A stretch of DNA of 62,968 bases, the filler included, from Stramenopiles sp. TOSAG23-2 (Eukaryota): NCBI GenBank assembly GCA_900128395.1. It is 10 parts of 10 records of this genome, joined end to end, with 100 filler letters (N's around TTAATTAATTAA, not from the genome) between each part and the next. Parts side by side here need not be neighbours in the genome. Positions count along the whole stretch, not along the records: positions 56,798 to 58,265 come from LT652838.1; positions 58,366 to 59,833 come from LT652839.1; positions 59,934 to 61,401 come from LT652840.1; positions 61,502 to 62,968 come from LT652841.1; 6 more parts are not named here. One strand, given 5' to 3'. Under the pieces are notes generated by a model that was not told where the DNA came from, did not search any database, and worked only from the letters and a program-made list of their open reading frames with translations. The first letter of the stretch is position 1. Each line of letters begins with the position of its first letter. Positions 56,799 through 62,968 of the stretch are shown one piece after another. The position numbers were made by a program, and so were the translations under genes.

Positions 56799-57665
56799 AT
56801 CAATGAATGTAGAAAACGTGGTGCTGGTATTTGTATTGCAACGGGAAGACCAGCATGTCTTGCAGCAAAAGTACCAAAAATATTAAATTATCAAATTGAT
56901 TATTTAATTACAGGGAATGGTAATAATATTTTTGAAGTTAATGGTGAAAATGCATCGGATTGGGGTATTCCAGTTCCACCTATTGAAGTCTTACATGAAC
57001 CATTAGTTCAATTTTGTGATGAAGTTGCTGAGAAGTTACCAAATGCTGAATTTATGGTAGTAAAAACACATCATATAAGTACACCACCTACGGAGACAAT
57101 GGCATGTTGCGATGTAAATACAACACCACATGCAATTACAAAATTACAACCAGGATTGTTAAAAGTTTTTCAAAAAATTATGAAATCACATAAACATGCA
57201 TATTCATGTCCAGATTTTGCAAATGATAATTTCAACAAAGCCGTAGTGGTAATGAAAGATTTGAATCAAGAAGAATGCGTTGAAAAAGTTAAACCAATTT
57301 TAGAAGCATCTAAAGTTGCTGGGGTAGACAATTGGGAAATTAAATGTGCAGGTTTGAGTTGCGCTGCTGAAATTACACCAAAAGGAACAGATAAAGCAAA
57401 AATGATACATATGCTTTGTGAAATGTTAGGTAAATCAAATTTAGATTGTATTTCATTTGGAGATGGATTAAATGATGTTGGTATGTTAAAATATTGCGGG
57501 TTAGGCATCTCAATGAAAAATGCAGAAGGTACAACTGTTACGGAAAGTGCAAATTTTGAAACTGATACAAATGATAATGATGGTGTTGCATTGATATTAG
57601 AAGAAATGATTCAATCTGCTGATAGTATTCGTGCATATGGTGAGAAAAAACGTGGTGGTAATTAA
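56799..57665 (+). CDS. Cof-type HAD-superfamily hydrolase (5'-truncated)
   Basis: Frame is open from the contig start: ICIATGRP, EITPKGTDKA, SFGDGLNDVGML..GLGISMKNA, NDNDGVA. Confidence 0.88.
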   Translation: MNECRKRGAGICIATGRPACLAAKVPKILNYQIDYLITGNGNNIFEVNGENASDWGIPVPPIEVLHEPLVQFCDEVAEKLPNAEFMVVKTHHISTPPTETMACCDVNTTPHAITKLQPGLLKVFQKIMKSHKHAYSCPDFANDNFNKAVVVMKDLNQEECVEKVKPILEASKVAGVDNWEIKCAGLSCAAEITPKGTDKAKMIHMLCEMLGKSNLDCISFGDGLNDVGMLKYCGLGISMKNAEGTTVTESANFETDTNDNDGVALILEEMIQSADSIRAYGEKKRGGN

Positions 57666-58840
57666 ATTTTATTTTTTTTATTTTATAAAATATTGTTTAC
57701 ACACCGTACTTTTAAATGTCATTAAATAATAAAATAATTATACAGCAGTTTTGTACGAGACGTAAAATATATCTTTTTATTTATACGAACTTCGTACAAA
57801 CAAAGAGAAGGAATATCTAATAGGCATATATGATAAAGAGATGTGAGTTGCAAAAAGGCGTTCTTTTCAAGAAAATAAAAAAAAATTTTTGATTAAATTA
57901 ATTTACTTTTCACTTTTCGTAATTTTTAATATTTGTTCTCTTTGTGTCCTTTTGTTCACATTTTTTGTCGTGGGCACAGCAATCTAAAACCAGCTGAACT
58001 ATATTAACAGAGGCTGAGTAGAGAGACTCGAACAAGAGATTACATATGATATTACATATTACATAAAATTTTTAAAAAAATATTTTTTGTGGTTGGTCTG
58101 TGTTTTTTTCAAAATCAAAAATAGCTTAATATTTATGCATTTATGATTATTGGTAGTAACTGCGTGTAAAAAATAGAATATTTTATAATAAGAGAAGCAC
58201 GGAGATATTTTTTTTTTAAATATAAAAATATAATATATTAATTTAAATCAGCGTAAAACCACACCNNNNNNNNNNNNNNNNNNNNNNNNNNNNNNNNNNN
58301 NNNNNNNNNTTAATTAATTAANNNNNNNNNNNNNNNNNNNNNNNNNNNNNNNNNNNNNNNNNNNNCGTATTAGTCTGTGTGCGTGTTTGAAAACTTGTAC
58401 AAATACTACACTGATGATAAACATGATATATAATTTAATTAATGCATAAATCTATATGTGATAAAAAAATGATAAAAAAATCAATTCAAATGTATCATTT
58501 TCATAAAGACATATATATATTGGTATTTTTCATAAAGTATACACACGTAAAAGTTCTATATTGTTCATATATTTTCAATTTTTAATTTTACGATAAAAAA
58601 CTAAAAAATAAAAAAAAAATTTTACTCTTCTCTCTCGCTTCATCTCACTTGAGTAAATAATAAAAACGCACCAAAATATCTCATATACGAAGCGTATGAT
58701 ATATCATTATCATCATATTATATCATATATATCATATCAAATACGATGCTCGTATGATACTATATACATTAGTGTACATACATATATATATATTATATAA
58801 AGTGTACATACATATTATATAATATACATGTATACACACA

Positions 58841-59833
58841 TTACAAACCAGATGAATGAATTTGCAATGGTGATTTATACGTGCCAGCAGCTAAATCTAG
58901 ACCTAGATCGACAGCTGGTGCTAATGTTTCACCAACACCACGCATAGCATCACTAGCAGAAGTTCCCATAATAGCTCTAGCATAAACTCCATGATTGATT
59001 CCTACCTTGCGATAACAGTTTAATGCTCTGAAATAATCCCACTCCTTTGCATCAACTTTGTCCCATCCACGATTATATGCATATAATTTTAAAAATTCAT
59101 CTTCAGTTGGAATTCCAGTTGGTAATGTACCTTTTTTTGGATGATACATCCCACCAGTTGCTCGGCCTTTGCTATTATCATACGTCGTAGGATAATATGG
59201 AGTACAAAACCATGCTAAATCAGCCAACGGGTGACCAAGGGTACTTAATTCCCAATCTAATACGGCAACAACTCTCGGCTCCGTTGGATGCAATATTAAA
59301 TTACCTAAACGAAAATCTCCATGGCTAATACATGTTGGTTCAACAATACTATCACCAGTAGATTGTAAATATTCTCTTAATTTTTCCATATCACTAGTGT
59401 TCCATCGAAATCCATCCTTTGGCGCAGTTTCTGCTACTATCTTGTCTTGAGCTTGATAATTACGCGTCCAAGTTTTTATTTGTCTGAAGTGATAATTACC
59501 AACTTTTCTTGAATATCCATCCAAACCAACCGCTTTGTAATCTACATTGTGCAATTCAGCCATAATACGATTGCAGTCCATGTAGATTGAAGATCGCTCA
59601 TATGCAGACATGCCATGCAATGAATTATCCAATAATATCCTTCCCGGTACATATTTCATGACATAAAACATAGTGCCTAAAACATTATCATCATCACATA
59701 GACCTAAGACTTCTGGAACAGGTACATTGGTATTTGCTAATGCTTTTTGTACACGATATTCACGATCGACTTGATGGGCACCTTTTAATAATTTACCAGG
59801 TGGTTTCTTCCTGACTACAAATTGTTCATTATT
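58841..59833 (-). CDS. APH-like phosphotransferase of the ACAD10/11 kinase-domain type (5'-truncated), ends SGL
   Basis: [65 protein letters not shown]. Confidence 0.9.
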   Translation of the reverse strand, partial: NNEQFVVRKKPPGKLLKGAHQVDREYRVQKALANTNVPVPEVLGLCDDDNVLGTMFYVMKYVPGRILLDNSLHGMSAYERSSIYMDCNRIMAELHNVDYKAVGLDGYSRKVGNYHFRQIKTWTRNYQAQDKIVAETAPKDGFRWNTSDMEKLREYLQSTGDSIVEPTCISHGDFRLGNLILHPTEPRVVAVLDWELSTLGHPLADLAWFCTPYYPTTYDNSKGRATGGMYHPKKGTLPTGIPTEDEFLKLYAYNRGWDKVDAKEWDYFRALNCYRKVGINHGVYARAIMGTSASDAMRGVGETLAPAVDLGLDLAAGTYKSPLQIHSSGL

Positions 59834-59934
59834 NNNNNNNNNNNNNNNNNNNNNNNNNNNNNNNNNNNNNNNNNNNNTTAATTAATTAANNNNNNNNNNN
59901 NNNNNNNNNNNNNNNNNNNNNNNNNNNNNNNNNT

Positions 59935-60632
59935 ACCGATCCAGCACCACAATACATCGGCTTAACACCAACGTTCCCAGCAAAGGTCGTACCAATGATT
60001 TTAAAGCCTGGAGAGAAAGTAAGGAGTAAGGAAGGTGGTTATATGGCTGAAATTGGAAAAGTTGATGTTAGTATTGCGTTTGATTGCAACCCTATGACCG
60101 CGTGTTTTAGTGGACAAGGTTGTATTTTGCAAAGTTTGAGTGGTGGTGAAACAGAATTAAACGTTGCGTTTTTAGCTGCTGGTGGTACAGTTTTGGAAAA
60201 AAATTTAGGTCCAAATGAGTCTATTGTAATTGATTCAGGTTCTTTAGTTGCATGGGATAGTACTGTGCAAATGGGATTGCAACCAGCTGGTGGATGTTTA
60301 GGATGTTGTTTTGGTGGGGAAGGTTGTTATAATACAAAAATGACAGGTCCAGGACGTTTAATTATACAATCCATGAGTTTTCAAAAATTTGTCAGAGCAT
60401 TAGTGCCTCCTGGTAGTGGAGCTGCAGCGTAAGTGAAAGTCTATGATTTATCCATCCAGTCTATATCTATATCTATATGATATCCTTCTATATAAACATT
60501 TTCCCTAACATATCATTTTATCTTCTTCCACGTTTCATAATTATTATTTACAGTGGTGCTGCTGCAGCCGGTGGTGCTGCTGCTGGTGCCGGTGGTGGTG
60601 CGCCAGAAATACAAGAAGAAATGACACGATAA
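59935..60632 (+). CDS. AIM24-domain protein (5'-truncated) with a terminal intron at 60429-60553
   Basis: YIGLTPTFPAKVVP, GQGCILQSL, AFLAAGGTVLEKNL..ESIVID..LVAW, GGEG..TGPGRLIIQSM. Intron GTAAGT..CCCTAAC..CAG gives an in-frame Ala/Gly tail ending APEIQEEMTR*. Confidence 0.85.
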
Positions 60633-62144
60633 GGTTAACAGAATATTTTATGGCGTATGAGTGGCGTAATAAATTAAATATGATGTAATGCATACATGAT
60701 TGATGTGGCGAAGTGCCAAATATTTTTTTTATATTTTTTTTTACTTGCAACGTGCCCTTGTAAATGATATATATTATAACTATGTAAAACTATGTGATAG
60801 CTGATAGTCTAGCTGATAGCTGGATCGTCTAGCTATATCATCTATCATCTACTTTAACTGGCCTTTCATAGGTTTTATTATAGGCTGGCCACAGCTTGCA
60901 TTTTTATACTGATAGGGGCCATACTAGATTTCCAGATTTAGATTATTGACCCTGAAAAAATGCGATGTTGGTTAAGGTAATATGGCAACACATAGTATTT
61001 TAATTTTACACATCAGCCTTTTACTTTTGCTTTTCTTTTTTTTTTTTGCCACATTTCTTTTTCATTTCTGTACTAGTACAGTTATATGGTAGTGCTATAA
61101 CATCAGAAGGAAAATCTGGTCAAACACAAGGTTCGCACATATACCTATCAAGATATAACTCTAGCGTCGTGTGTTCCAACTAATATAACTCCAATAACTG
61201 ACAGGAAATTGGATCAATGATATTTACCTACTAATCATGCACTTCATCATCAATTTTAATAATAATATTATTTTAATTTTTTTATCGTCGGAATAAGCCC
61301 AACATCATAGCTAAAACGAATAAATATATACAGTCTCTATACTGTATAGAATATTTTAACCATATCGATGTATTTAACATCATTTTCAATTAATGTAATC
61401 TNNNNNNNNNNNNNNNNNNNNNNNNNNNNNNNNNNNNNNNNNNNNTTAATTAATTAANNNNNNNNNNNNNNNNNNNNNNNNNNNNNNNNNNNNNNNNNNN
61501 NTGAAAATTGTGTTTTTCTGCCATGTTTTCTGTTTTTCATTTCCTATCATATTTATACTTAATATAGTCCTTTTCATATACTCAGTAGATTTGTAGTGTT
61601 TGATATATTTGGTAGGCCAGATTAGGTAGTTTTTGTACTTGAGAGCTGGAGACGCGCAACAAAATTCGCAAAATCAATACCATTCGTCACTACAAAGTCA
61701 ATTTTAGTGGTTTAGCATGAACACAAAAGGGACAAAAATGCACTGCTGTCGTAGATTGCTTTTAGCTATAGGAAAATTTTGTACTATACTAATTATTATA
61801 CGAAAAAGGTTGATAAAAATCGAATTATTTTGTCGTTATAATAAAAACATAAAAACTACCACCAGCCAGCACAATATATAACTTGTACACATATTCTTTA
61901 ATATATATTCATATTGATATACGGTATATATATACATACATAAATAACAAATAGTAAAAGAACAATTTCATGACGCCCTTGTTTTTTGCTTGATTACAAT
62001 AATAAATACATTTCCTGCCATAGAAACATTGTCGTCGTCTATTTGGTTCTTTTTTCTTTTTTTTTATTTTATTGTCATTTTTGTGTGTTTGTATTTTTGT
62101 TTACAAAACTATATATTTGTATAAATAATATACGGTATATCATC

Positions 62145-62781
62145 ATGTCATCGAAAGGGATGGTAGTGCAAGGGGAGGATGTAATACATGTAATAGATCA
62201 ACCAACAGATAATAACAACAGCAATATATATAATGATAATAACGATGTAACATTATCACCCACGTTTATACATACCAAAGCAATAGAGGAACGCTGTCAC
62301 GGCTATACGCGCATTAAAAGCTGCATTGGCACGTGGAGAGCAACAACAAACGCAAGGATTTAGTAGCAGTAGTATCAGCAACAGCAGCAAGAATGGTGAA
62401 GGAAGCGCGTTTGGAAAATTTGGTGATGTTAAAACTAGTCAAATGGCATCTAAACTTCCATTGCGAAAAAATGGTTATGATTTTAGCAATTTGAAATCTT
62501 CCAATTCAAGTTCTTCCCTTGATAATCGTTACTCCAATAATACCAACAATAGCCAAGTAAACCGTGTAAGACGTATACCTAGTTATCCAGATATTTTAAA
62601 ACATGCTGGTAGAAATTCATTAACTAATATACATGGGCCACCTCCTGTAAGCCCCATACGTAGAAGCATTATGCGTAAACATGTTGCCGGAAAAACCAAA
62701 AAAACACAACAAAAGCCACATCATCATCCACAACAAGCACGTTTAAGTTTTCAGAATTTAGAGATTGATGAGAAAGTGTAG
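62145..62781 (+). CDS. Hypothetical Ser/Asn-rich protein; either spliced (possible intron 62181-62286) or frameshifted
   Basis: Two overlapping ORFs. A GTAATA..TAG splice would join them in frame, but the donor is weak and there is no clear CTAAC. Confidence 0.4.
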
Positions 62782-62968
62782 AGAGAGCAATATTTTTCAC
62801 ATATCATACGAGTATGATATATATTTAGATTAAAATTATGAATATTTGAGCATATATTCAAAAATTAAATTTACGCGCATTAAATTTATTCTGAATTGTA
62901 CGTAACACCCATGATGCACATCTTAAATTTTGTTTGTTTCATTTAATGCTTTCTCTTGCAATTTTTCA

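Noticed and set aside
58000-58060. B-box-like GTTCGAGTC on the minus strand suggesting a tRNA or SINE
   Set aside because: I could not build a cloverleaf or find an A-box around it.

Overview
AT-rich eukaryotic nuclear DNA from an intron-poor protist. A stramenopile-like heterotroph is my inference from gene content, not proven. The window is not one locus. It is 10 contigs (9428, 9414, 9402, 9320, 9317, 9316, 1468, 1468, 1468, 1467 bp, in decreasing size) joined by 100-nt N spacers carrying a TTAATTAATTAA all-frame stop linker, so only within-contig adjacency is meaningful. About 27 genes are present and most lack introns. They include a giant Kelch/filamin/zeta-toxin-like protein, Rab6, an IQ/C2H2 protein, SAMHD1-like dNTPase, a pseudo-PARP, HADHA, a haloalkane-dehalogenase-like hydrolase, a bacterial-type sulfatase, Asd, AMP deaminase, a putative 7TM ion-channel/gustatory-receptor-like protein, a transglutaminase-like protein, thioredoxin, a C2/EF-hand protein, the PP4R3 N-terminus, carnitine acyltransferase, separate ACAD10/11-like dehydrogenase and kinase genes, a Cof HAD and AIM24. 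The most striking feature, missed by the ORF track, is an array of at least 10 small exons (12-57 nt, GTAAGT donors, CTAAC-type branch points). It builds a Pro/Arg/Gly-rich N-terminus on the C2/EF-hand protein and shows signs of growth by exon-plus-intron duplication. Perfect 81-142 bp tandem duplications in contig 6 and homopolymer frameshifts are probably assembly errors.
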